Shown: positions 19,604-29,120 of the stretch, in pieces
Position numbering within the stretch: the first letter of the stretch is position 1
How the letters are laid out: each line of letters opens with the position of its first letter
Assembly: GCA_963844035.1 (NCBI GenBank)
Contig: CAWJMT010000003.1
Span: forward strand, 96,001 to 160,000
Length of the DNA stretch: 64,000 nt
Origin: an uncultured Gemmatimonadales bacterium
GTDB lineage: Bacteria > Gemmatimonadota > Gemmatimonadetes > Gemmatimonadales > GWC2-71-9
Direction: 5' to 3'
Notes under the pieces: generated by a model
What the model saw: only the letters and a program-made list of their open reading frames with translations
Database searches by the model: none
What the model was told of the DNA's origin: nothing
Program-made: the position numbers and the translations under genes

Positions 19604-20548
19604 CTAGGGGATGACCAGCCCCGTCATCTTCACGACCTCGAAGTCCGTCCCATGCAGCTGTTTCATCGTGTTGATGTGCGCGTCGTTCCAGCGGGGATCG
19701 GGCGCGCCGCTCACGAAGAACGCGCCGCCGTTGTCGGCGAGCAGCATCCCATACGTCTTGAGCCCCGTGAGAATCACCTGCACGTCGGCGGGGAACCCCG
19801 AGATATTCACGCCCGCCTTGAGTCGAACCCGCATCCCCATCGGCGGCAGCATGGAATCGGCGTGCGTGCTGGCGAAGTGGCGCGCCGGCGGCACGTAGGC
19901 GCGGCGCGTGACGGGACAGGTGAACCGCACCGCGTGCGTGACCACCCCTTGGGTCACGACCTCGTCGTAGCGCACCAGACCGGGGAAGATCGGCAGCCCC
20001 GCCGCGTCGGCGGAGGTCCAGCCGTCGTGCCGCAGCGTGTTGGAGGCCAGGTCGAAGACCGCCCCTGATCCCGCCGTCCACGACGCACCGCCGTTGACCG
20101 GGTGCGCGTCGAACAGCTCGTACAGCATCCAGTTGTCCACGTCCACCACCAGGACGTGCCGGTCGCCGCCCGCGCTCGAGCCACCTTCGACGGCCGCGTT
20201 GCGCGGAATCGGATAGGGCCCCGGATCGCTCTCGTCGTCATAGTCGAAGGTGACGGGCACGCGCTGCTGGGCGCCGGACACGGTGGTGAACGGGATGCCC
20301 CAGGGCGCGCCGCCGTACGTCGTTCCGAAATCGGGATGTACGCTGGCCGATCCGCCGCAGCGTGCGATCAAGCTGTCGGATTTCGGGTCCACCGGGTCGG
20401 CCGCAATACTGCGGTTCCACGGATTGTCGGCGGGAAACACGCGGCGGCTTGGGAGCAGGGGCGCCTCGCCTGTGGACCCCGGCTCCTCCGTCGCGAAGCC
20501 GCAGGCGACGGCGACCCCCAAGGCCAGGCTCCAAGCGAGGCGTCTCAT
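19604..20548 (-). CDS. Hypothetical exported protein / lipoprotein of unknown function
   Basis: Lipobox-like AVAC; 'FPADNPWN', 'GDRHVLVVD', 'WTSADAAGLPIFPGL', 'YGMLLADNG'. Confidence 0.8.
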   Translation of the reverse strand: MRRLAWSLALGVAVACGFATEEPGSTGEAPLLPSRRVFPADNPWNRSIAADPVDPKSDSLIARCGGSASVHPDFGTTYGGAPWGIPFTTVSGAQQRVPVTFDYDDESDPGPYPIPRNAAVEGGSSAGGDRHVLVVDVDNWMLYELFDAHPVNGGASWTAGSGAVFDLASNTLRHDGWTSADAAGLPIFPGLVRYDEVVTQGVVTHAVRFTCPVTRRAYVPPARHFASTHADSMLPPMGMRVRLKAGVNISGFPADVQVILTGLKTYGMLLADNGGAFFVSGAPDPRWNDAHINTMKQLHGTDFEVVKMTGLVIP

Positions 20549-20717
20549 GCCCTCAACCTCCACCCGACTCACCGGCAGGGATGTGGCGGGCATCACCAAC
20601 ACGAGGGTTGGCCTCGCGTCGCATTTTGGGAGACATGGAGTTGCAGCAGGTCCGCCAGCGGTTCAGCTTTGTACCGCCGCTCGATCGCACCCACCTTCAA
20701 CACACGGGAGATCGTCC

Positions 20718-21170
20718 ATGCGCACTTCGGTATTCTTGCTGCTCTGCAGCCTGGCTGCCGTACCCGCCTTCGCCCAGGCCCCAACCGCCGCCGTGCCGTG
20801 GGGTCCCGCGCCGCCGTTCTTGAGCGCCGGCGCCCGATTCGCCGTCATGCAGGGCGATCCCTCGAAGGCCGCCGTCTACACGATCCGTCTCGAGTTTCCG
20901 GACGGCTACGTGATCAAGCCCCACTTCCATCCCACCGACGAGCACGTCACCGTCATTTCGGGCACGTTTCTCGTGGGGATGGGGGATTCGGTCGACTTCA
21001 AGTCCGGCATGACGGTGCCGGCGGGTGGGTTCGTGACGGCGCCGGCGCTGGCGCACCACTTCGCGAGTGCGCGCGGGCTCACCGTCGTTCAGGTGCACGG
21101 CATGGGTCCGTTCGCCATCACGTACGTGAAACCGGCGGACGACCCTCGCATAGCGATGCCGGCGCACTGA
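20718..21170 (+). CDS. Exported cupin domain protein
   Basis: Signal peptide (AFA/Q); 'PHFHPTDEHVTVISG', 'HHFA'. Confidence 0.85.
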   Translation: MRTSVFLLLCSLAAVPAFAQAPTAAVPWGPAPPFLSAGARFAVMQGDPSKAAVYTIRLEFPDGYVIKPHFHPTDEHVTVISGTFLVGMGDSVDFKSGMTVPAGGFVTAPALAHHFASARGLTVVQVHGMGPFAITYVKPADDPRIAMPAH

Positions 21171-21224
21171 CTACAGATGAGTGGGTGCTCGCCGCCACGG
21201 CCGATGCCGACGGCGAGCACCCGC

Positions 21225-23514
21225 CTACGCGTCCCTGGCCTTCCGGTTGTACAGGTACGCGAGCAGCAGCGACACGAGTCCGGTGATGAACACCGAGCCC
21301 ACGCGATACAGGGCGTCGAGCGACGACAGATCGTGGACCACGATCTTGACCGCCGCCATCGCTGCCACCAGCAGACCGGCTTGCCGCACGCGCCGCAGGT
21401 CGCGCCGGAATCCCAGCAGCACCAGACCGCAGGCGAACAGGATCCACCACACGCTGATCGAAAGTCCCGTCCACAAGCGCTGCGGTGCTTCCCTCGAGTT
21501 CGCGCAGCACAAAGAAGCGCCCCAACTCCCCGGTCACGCCGAACAGCAGCAGCACGCCGGCGCCGATCCACAGCGCCGGGACGAGCGGTTCGTTGGCAAA
21601 CGGGGAGGTTCGAGGAGACAACCATGCGGCGAGCCCAGCCAGCGTGGCGACCGAGAGCCACAGCGCCGCAGCCCAGAGGCCCCAGAACGCCGGGTCCGAG
21701 TTTCCACGCACCGCCAGATCCACGTAGACGAGGTACAGCGCCGCCCCAAGCAGCCCGGCGCCGGCCAGAGCCCGGAGCGGGCGGATAAATCGCCTCACAC
21801 CAATGACCAACAGCGTGCTGAAGAAGAGCAGCCACCACACGACGGCGGCCTCATTCCAGGCCAGGTTTGCGGTCGCGGATGCGTAGCCGCGCGCGCCGAA
21901 AAAGCGCGGCAGCTCCCCGGTCACTCCGCAGAACAGCAACACGCCCGCCGCCGTCCAGAGCGCGGGCACGATGCCGCGAGTGTGCGGTGACGGGTCGCCC
22001 ACCTTCCAGAGTCCCCGGGCCATCACGACCAGGGATGCGATGCAGGCCCAGAGAGTCAGCGCCCAGCTGTCCACAAAGGCGGGCGTCGATTGCGGTCGCG
22101 ATCCGGGATCGACGAGAACCACGTGCAGTAGCGCACCGGCTATGGCGAGCAGCGCGTACCAGCGGCCGTCGGTGCGTGCCAGCGCGTGGTCGAGCACGGC
22201 CCAGAGCAGCGCCAGGGCGACGAGCGCCCACACCGCCTCGAGACCGCTCCACTGCGCCAGGCCGGCGAGTCCGGCGGCCGTCGTCCCGACAAGCGCGAAC
22301 TCCGGATGCATGCGCAGGTACCCGGCCGCCAGGTAGGGGAGCGCCACGATCAGCAGCACGAGCCCGGGGTGCCGTGCAAATAGCGCGGGGTTGACGAGCT
22401 GAATCGCCCACGCGAGCAGGATCGGTGTGACAAAGAAGTACAACGTTTCGCCGACGGACCAGGGCGTTACCCTGTCCTCCTGCGCTCCTCGAATCGGCCA
22501 GAACTCGGGAGCGCGCCACGCGTGCAGCCAAACCGGCACCGCCAGGCCCACGCCCGCCAGCACGACCCCCCACGGCGCGTCCAGGCGGTTGCTCGCGGCC
22601 GCGATCAGTCCCCACCCGCCGCTAAACGAGAGGAAGCGGGTCTCCCACCATCCTTCGCGCAGCCCGACGTACAGCCCGAAGCTTCCGCCCAACACGCCGA
22701 ACAGCAGCACGCGCCACGGCTCCGCACTCCAGCCGGCGCCCCCGGTGAATGCCAGGCCGAAATAGCTGAACGCGATGAGCGCGCTGGCGAGTCGCCAGTG
22801 CTTGCGGGCCGCCACCCAACCGAGCGTGAAGGCCATGAAGCTCAGGTACACGAGCAGCAGGTCGGCGTTGGATGCGTTGCGGCCCAGCAGCACCGGTGCC
22901 AGGAAGGCGCCGATCACCGCGGTGGCGCCGAGCGCTTCGACGTCCACTACGAAGGCGACGGCGGCAAGGGCCAGGGACACGAGCGCGAGTCCGGCGATTC
23001 CCTCGGGCGGAGGCAGGAACGCGTAGAGGTACGACGCGGCCCACACGGCGAGGTAGATCACCGCCGCCCCGCAGCCGATCAGTGCGGCTCCATAGGTGCG
23101 CAGTTCCTTGCCGTACAGGCGCCATCCGATCACGCCGATCGCGACGCCCGCCAGGGCGCCGCTGATGCATCGCACCAGCGGGGACACCCAGCCCTGGTCG
23201 AACGAGTACTTGAGCAAGTAGCCCGCGGCCAGGATCACGAACAGGACGCCGACCGCGAGCAATCCCCGCTGGCCGAGCCATTGCTCGGTGTCCCGCGCCG
23301 GCGTGGCCCGAGGAGCTGACTCGGCCGGAGCGTCGAGCCACTCCGGCGGCGTGTACGCTGGTTCGGGGACGTAGGCTGGTTCCGGGACTGGAGCAGGCGG
23401 AGGGGCAGGGGGGGCGATGGGCTCCGACGTCCCGCCCGTCACCAGCTGGCGGATCAGCTGTTCGAGCACGGCTACCCGTTGCTCTAACCGAGTCAGGCGG
23501 TCGTCATTGCTCAT
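21225..23514 (-). CDS. DUF2339 family membrane protein; frameshift near 21465
   Basis: 'EQWLGQRGLLAVGV..YLLKYSF..GW'; C-terminal 'SVWWILFA..KIVVHDLSSLDALYRVGS' in second frame. Confidence 0.85.
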
Positions 23515-23718
23515 CCGGGTCTCCTGTCCGAGTGCCGCGCACTCAGCGCGATGCAAATCGAAATCGCGGGGATTGACGGGCTAACATACTGCACGAACGC
23601 ACGCCCGTGGGTACCGCCTTACCAGTTGCGCCGGAGCCGGGGGGTCAGCACCTTACGCGCCAGCGGTTCTTGGGATGCATCACTTGCCCCTGACTCTTTG
23701 CTTGGCGTGGAGGATCCG

Positions 23719-24093
23719 GTGCCCCTAGAGGTCTATAAGGTCATCCATATCATCGGCATCATCCTGATCATGTCCGCGCTGGGTGGCGCGGCCGTGCGCG
23801 CCATGCTGGGCGCGGGCGAAGACCGTCCCACCCGCAAGCTGCTCGCCATGCTGCACGGCATCGGTGCCTTCCTCGTGCTGCTTGGGGGGTTCGGCATGCT
23901 GGCGCGGCTCGGCATCATGCAATCAGGCGGCAGTTTCCCCGCCTGGCTGTGGGTGAAGCTCGTCATCTGGGGCCTCCTCGCCGCAGCGCTGGTTATCCCA
24001 CGCCGGCGCCCGTCGCTCGCGCGTCCCCTGTTGCTCAGCCTTCCGATTCTGGGCGGCCTGGCGGCATACATGGCGATCTACAAGCCCTTCTAA
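23719..24093 (+). CDS. Four-helix membrane protein (SirB2-like)
   Basis: GGAGG RBS; 'YKVIHIIG', 'HGIG..L.LLGGFGMLA', 'WLWVKL'. Confidence 0.75.
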   Translation: MPLEVYKVIHIIGIILIMSALGGAAVRAMLGAGEDRPTRKLLAMLHGIGAFLVLLGGFGMLARLGIMQSGGSFPAWLWVKLVIWGLLAAALVIPRRRPSLARPLLLSLPILGGLAAYMAIYKPF

Positions 24094-24098
24094 CGGAT

Positions 24099-24605
24099 AT
24101 GCCCACATCCCGCTGGATGGTCCTCTGCATCGCGCTCGCGGCCGCGGGTTGTGCTACCACCCACGCGTCGCACGACCCGATGGGGCAGATTGGCACGAAG
24201 CCGACCTCGTGCGCTGCGGCCAAGAGCGCCGATACGACGGCCTATGAGTCGACACAGCTTTCAGAGCAACCCGTGCCGCGTTCGGTTCCCGAGCTCGTGT
24301 ATCCGGAAGAGGCGAAAGAGAAGAAGATTCAGGGCCGGGTCCTGGTCAGCGCGGTGGTGACCGCCGATGGGACGGTCGATTCCGCATCGGTGGCGGTGAC
24401 GATGCGCGTCCACAAGCTGTTGGACGACGAAGCGCGGCGCGTCGTCTCACACGCCACCTTCTGGCCGGGGTGCCGCGATAGCTTGGCGGTACGGACGCGG
24501 CTCACCTTCCCGTTCGACTTCCATTCGAAGAGCGGCAACGCTGGTGTGGTGTTCGGAGTGCTGGTGGGAGTCTGGGCGGGGGTGATGGCGGTTATGATGG
24601 ACTGA
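24099..24605 (+). CDS. TonB C-terminal domain protein, lipoprotein-like
   Basis: Lipobox AAGC; 'YPEEAK...IQGRV....V..DG.V', 'LD.EA.R.V...F.PG'. Confidence 0.8.
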   Translation: MPTSRWMVLCIALAAAGCATTHASHDPMGQIGTKPTSCAAAKSADTTAYESTQLSEQPVPRSVPELVYPEEAKEKKIQGRVLVSAVVTADGTVDSASVAVTMRVHKLLDDEARRVVSHATFWPGCRDSLAVRTRLTFPFDFHSKSGNAGVVFGVLVGVWAGVMAVMMD

Positions 24606-24635
24606 TACCACCCACCTTTACCCCGCCGGGACTTC

Positions 24636-25106
24636 ATGATCTCCATCGAGCCAATCGGCCGCGTGCGCTGCCTCAAGCATGACACCACCGACGATCACTG
24701 GGGCGACGGCGCGGCGGCGATCGAGCTGGACGATACGTTCGACGCGGCAGCGCTCGACGGCTTGGACCAGTTCTCACACGCAGAAATCATTTTCCATTTC
24801 GACCGCGTGCCCGAGGGGGCGATCGAGCGTGGCACCCGTCACCCGCGGGGGAACGTGGCGTGGCCGCGCGTCGGCATTTTCGCGCAGCGCGGCAGCGCAC
24901 GACCGAATCGTATCGGCGCGACCATCGTCGAAATCGTGCAGCGCTCGGGACGGGTACTCACGGTGCGCGGCCTGGACGCCATCGACGGCACGCCCGTGCT
25001 TGACATCAAGCCGGTGATGGTGGAATTCTTGCCCCGCACTCCGGTGCGGCAGCCGGCGTGGTCGCGAGAGCTGATGCGCCACTACTGGAAGGCAAACGAT
25101 GAATGA
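24636..25106 (+). CDS. TrmO/TsaA-like (UPF0066) SAM-binding methyltransferase
   Basis: 'GIFAQR...RPNRIG', 'GLDAIDGTPVLDIKP'. Confidence 0.88.
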   Translation: MISIEPIGRVRCLKHDTTDDHWGDGAAAIELDDTFDAAALDGLDQFSHAEIIFHFDRVPEGAIERGTRHPRGNVAWPRVGIFAQRGSARPNRIGATIVEIVQRSGRVLTVRGLDAIDGTPVLDIKPVMVEFLPRTPVRQPAWSRELMRHYWKANDE

Positions 25107-25311
25107 TGATCGCGTCGTACACCTGCTGGAGGAGATCCGCGACCTCCAGCGCCAGCACATCGCCAACTATCAGGAAGCGTTGCGGAACCAGCAGGAGGCC
25201 ATCGGTTTCCAGCGGCAGGCGACGCGTCGCGTCATGCGTATCGCCACTGCGCTCATGGTGCTGGTCGTGGTGCTGATCGCGGTGTTCATCGTGCCGTACG
25301 CGATCCGGTGA
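25099..25311 (+). CDS. Small coiled-coil protein with C-terminal TM
   Basis: Overlaps upstream stop; 'LLEEIRDLQR'. Confidence 0.65.
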   Translation: MNDDRVVHLLEEIRDLQRQHIANYQEALRNQQEAIGFQRQATRRVMRIATALMVLVVVLIAVFIVPYAIR

Positions 25312-25344
25312 CGCCCCGTTCGTTCACTCCCCCGCACATCCCGC

Positions 25345-25824
25345 ATGGAGGTTCCGATGGAGACGGCCTTTAGCATCGTCCCGGCCGGAATCCGGCCGTT
25401 CTACCTCCTGCTTCCTGTTTTCCTTCTTCTGGGCGTAGTGCTGTACTGCCTCTGTTTGGTCGGGTACGGTTCGCAGCGAGCGAGTTTCGTACTCTCCGAC
25501 TCCGGCCTCGATTTTCGGGGCGACGTTTGGGGGAAGCGGGTCCCCTGGAGAGCGGTGGAGATCGAGAAGGCTCGGGTGTTGGACCTGACCCGTGAGCCCG
25601 GGCTCCGGCCGGTGTCGCGTCGCATGGGGACCGGCCTCCCCGGATACGTGGCTGGCTGGTTTCGCCTGGCCAACGGCCACCGCGCGTTGCTCTATGTGAC
25701 CACGTGGCAGCGGGTGCTGTATGTGCCCACCACCGCGGGCTACGTCCTGTTGCTGAGTCCCCAGGATCCCGACGCGATGCTGGCGGAGCTCCGGCGTCGC
25801 GCGGGTCGGCGGAGTGGTACCTAG
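25345..25824 (+). CDS. Bacterial PH domain membrane protein
   Basis: 'R.GTGLPGY.AGWFRL.NG..ALLY.T', 'LLSP.DP'; alternative start 25357. Confidence 0.8.
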   Translation: MEVPMETAFSIVPAGIRPFYLLLPVFLLLGVVLYCLCLVGYGSQRASFVLSDSGLDFRGDVWGKRVPWRAVEIEKARVLDLTREPGLRPVSRRMGTGLPGYVAGWFRLANGHRALLYVTTWQRVLYVPTTAGYVLLLSPQDPDAMLAELRRRAGRRSGT

Positions 25825-25898
25825 CGCTCCGTTGGCGTGAGGCGCACGTTTGCGCGCTCGAGAGCCCTGCCAACGCGACCTTAAAAGGGACGGGCACC

Positions 25899-26378
25899 GT
25901 GAACCTCGCAATGTCAACATCTGGGTTGGTGCACACGCTGATCAGCCTGGTTGGGATCATCGCCGGGTTCGTTATCGTGTACGGGATGTTCAATAGCAAA
26001 CGGCTCGACGGGTGGACGGCGGTGTTCCTGCTTAGCACCGTGGCGACGAACGCAACCGGATTTGTTCTGGTGCCCGGCCTCTTCTTGCCGTCGCACAAGA
26101 TCGGCGCCCTCTCGCTCGTGCTGCTGGCGATCGCGATCGTGGCGCGCTACGTCGGGCACCTCGCCGGCGGCTGGCGGCGGACCTACGTGATCACCGCCGT
26201 GGCGGCGTTCTACTTCAACGTCTTCGTCCTGGTGGTGCAGCTGTTCCGGCGCGTCACCGTGCTGCAGGAGTTGGCGCCCACCCAGTCCGAGCCGCCGTTC
26301 GCGGTCGCGCAGGTGGTGGTGCTGGTGCTTTTCATCTGGATCGGCATCCGCGCGGTGAAGCGGTTCCACCCGGCGTAG
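25899..26378 (+). CDS. Hypothetical membrane protein
   Basis: 'HTLISLVGI..G', 'YFNVFVLVVQ.F', 'APTQSEPPFAVAQ'. Confidence 0.8.
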   Translation: MNLAMSTSGLVHTLISLVGIIAGFVIVYGMFNSKRLDGWTAVFLLSTVATNATGFVLVPGLFLPSHKIGALSLVLLAIAIVARYVGHLAGGWRRTYVITAVAAFYFNVFVLVVQLFRRVTVLQELAPTQSEPPFAVAQVVVLVLFIWIGIRAVKRFHPA

Positions 26379-26397
26379 GCGCGGCGCCGCGGCCGCG

Positions 26398-29117
26398 CTA
26401 GCGTCCTCTGCTCCTCATGGCCGCCTTCAGCTCGTTGAGAAAGTTGAAGACGACGACCGCCTCGGGGAGCGGGTTGCCGACGACGCGCAGCATCAGGAAG
26501 CGCTTGCCATCGGGGGACACGTCGTACGTTTGGCTGTAGGTTGCTGACTGGAATCCTGAGACGCCGAATAGGTCCACAGGCGCTCCTTTCGTGAACGTCG
26601 GCCCAGGGATCACCGGTACGCTCACCAGCTTGTCCCGCGGGCTGCGATAGAACAGTTCGCGCCCGCTGCGCGACCAGCGTGGCTCCGCGCCGCCATCCAG
26701 CGAGACCTGAAATTTCGCGGCGTTCGTTTCCGGAAATGGACGGACGTAGATCTCGTGCCGGCCCGACTCGTTCGAGCTGTACGCCATCCAGCGGCCGTCG
26801 GGAGAAATCGCGGGCGATACCTCTTCGAACTTCGAGGCGATGAACACCCGCGGCACCGTATCGACGCCCAGGCGCAGGCCAAGAATGTCTCCCGCACCCG
26901 GCGCCTGGTTGTCGGTGCGAAACACGAGCCAGGCGCCATCGGGCGAGAGGGCGGTGCCGAAGACCTGCCGGCTGTCATGCACCGCTACCTCCTCGGCTTG
27001 GCCGCCGTCGCGCACCGGCACGCGCAGCACCGTGGAAAACCGGCCCTCGCGATAGCCAACGACATACAGCGTGTGCCCGTCCGGCATCCACGCCACGCGC
27101 CCCGTACCTGCGATCCCGCCCGTCGTGAGACGGAGCGGTGGCGAATTGTCGAACGGCACGAACCAGATGTCGTCGTCGATCGCCATCGCCACGCCGGAGC
27201 CATCCGGCGAGATCGTCAACCCTTGATGCTGCCCTGCAAGACCGGGACGCATCGGGATGGCTCTGCCGGCGCGGTCCACCCAGGTCGCGCTGTATGTGAA
27301 AGGCGCGAGCTTCGTGTAGAACAGCGTCCCATCTCGCGAGAGCGCGAAGTCGGCGCTGATCGCTGATCCGGGGCCCTTGAGCATTGCCGTGTCACGCAGG
27401 GCGATGGCGGGGCCCGTAACGCGCAGCCGGGCCTGGTCGAACGGCGCGGCCATGAGCACGCCGTCAGGCCGCACATATACGACGTGTCCGGACCGGGCGT
27501 ACTGCGGACGAATGCCACGCAGCAGCGCCGTGGTCTTTCCCGTGGCGAGATCGACCACACCCACCACGAGCGAGTCGGGCCGGTTGCCGAACAGCGCATC
27601 GAAGGCCACGGTGACCAGCACGCCCTTCCCGTTCGGCAGCAGGCGTGGAAACAGGTGCGCGAAGTCGCCGCGCGTCGAGTCGAGCTGCGACACGCGCACC
27701 AGCCGGTTCTCACCCGGCCGCACACGCCCCACTCCTGATTGCGCCGTCACGTAGAGGGCGCCATCGGTGCCCCAGTCGAGTCCGTTGATGCCGTCGGAGA
27801 AACCGTACAACCCCGAATCCGCGACGATCACCGGGACCCCGCCCGTGAGCGGCACGACCTTCACACGATGCGGAGACAAGACGAACGCCAGCGAATCACC
27901 GCTCGGCGAGAAGTTGGGATCCCACCCCCCTTCCGAGCCGGGGACCATCGTGGCGTCGAGCGTGTCCCAACGCCGTACGAAAATGTGGCTCGAGCCATCG
28001 GGCGCGCTGCCCACGTACGCGATGCTCGCGCCGTCCGGCGCGACACCGACGTTCCGGCCCGCGGTCTGGAGGGCCACCGCCGCGAGCTCGGGCAGCTCGA
28101 GGCGCAACCGCTTGACGGTGCGGTCAGCGCGGCCACTCCCCGTGCGCAGCGCGAGCGCGGTGACGGCGGCCGTCCCGAGCATGGTCCCCACGATGATTCG
28201 CGCCGAGCCTGCGAGCACTGGGCGCGCGCGGGGTGGAGCGCACGGCGCCTGAAGACACCGCGCGACTCGAAGAAGCGGTGACGAGCGCGTGCGCAAGCTC
28301 CTGTGCGGTTTTCGGGCGGTCGGCCGGCAGCTTGGCCAGGGCGCGGCTCGACGGCGGCCTCCACGTGCGGCGGGATCGTCTTGCGCTGGAGCGTGAGGCT
28401 GCGCGGCTCTTCGGTCATCACCCGCGCGATGATCGCCTGGGCAGTGGCGCCCGTGAACGGCGGCTCCGCCGTGAGCATCTCGTAGAGCACGCAGCCCAAC
28501 GCATAGATGTCCGCCTTGGGCGTGATCTCGCGCTCGCCCATCGCCTGTTCGGGCGCCATGTAGTGCGGGGTGCCGAGGCTCATGCCCGTCTCGGTCATGC
28601 GGGTGCCGCCGTCGGAGCGGCTGACGGCGAGCGCGATACCGAAGTCGGCCACGAGGGCGCGCCCATCGTGCAACAGGATGTTCTCGGGTTTGATGTCTCG
28701 GTGCACCACGCCGTGGCGGTGCGCGTAGTCCAGCGCGTCGGCCACCTCACACGCAATGCGTACGGCCTCGTCCACGGGCAGCTGCTGCTCCCGGTTCAGC
28801 CGGTCCCTCAGGCTCTCGCCCTCCACGTACGGCATCACGTAGAACACGTGGCCGTCCGCCTCGCCCGAATCGAAGAGTGAGAGGATGTGCGGGTGCTGGA
28901 GGTTGGCGGTGGTCTTGATCTCGGTGAGAAAGCGCTCGCTGCCGAGGATGGCGGAGAGCTCCGGGCGCAGCACCTTCAGGGCGACCTTGCGGTCGTGCTT
29001 GATGTCGCGCGCGAGGTACACCGTGGCCATGCCGCCCGCGCCGAGCTCGCGCTCGATCACGTACCGGTCGGCGAGGGCCGTTGCGAGACGGGCGGCCATG
29101 GGGCTGTCGGCGCTCAC
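26398..29117 (-). CDS. Hanks-type Ser/Thr kinase with TM and PD40/TolB beta-propellers; frameshift near 28340
   Basis: LGAGGMATVY, VALK, HRDIKPEN, ADFG, GTPHYMAPE; 'SPDGRWMAY.S.ESG' in second frame. Confidence 0.9.
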
Positions 29118-29120
29118 GTG

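Noticed and set aside
25830..25875. Riboswitch in the CGTTGGC...GCCAACG stem
   Set aside because: No recognisable aptamer consensus; such a stem is plausible by chance at this GC content
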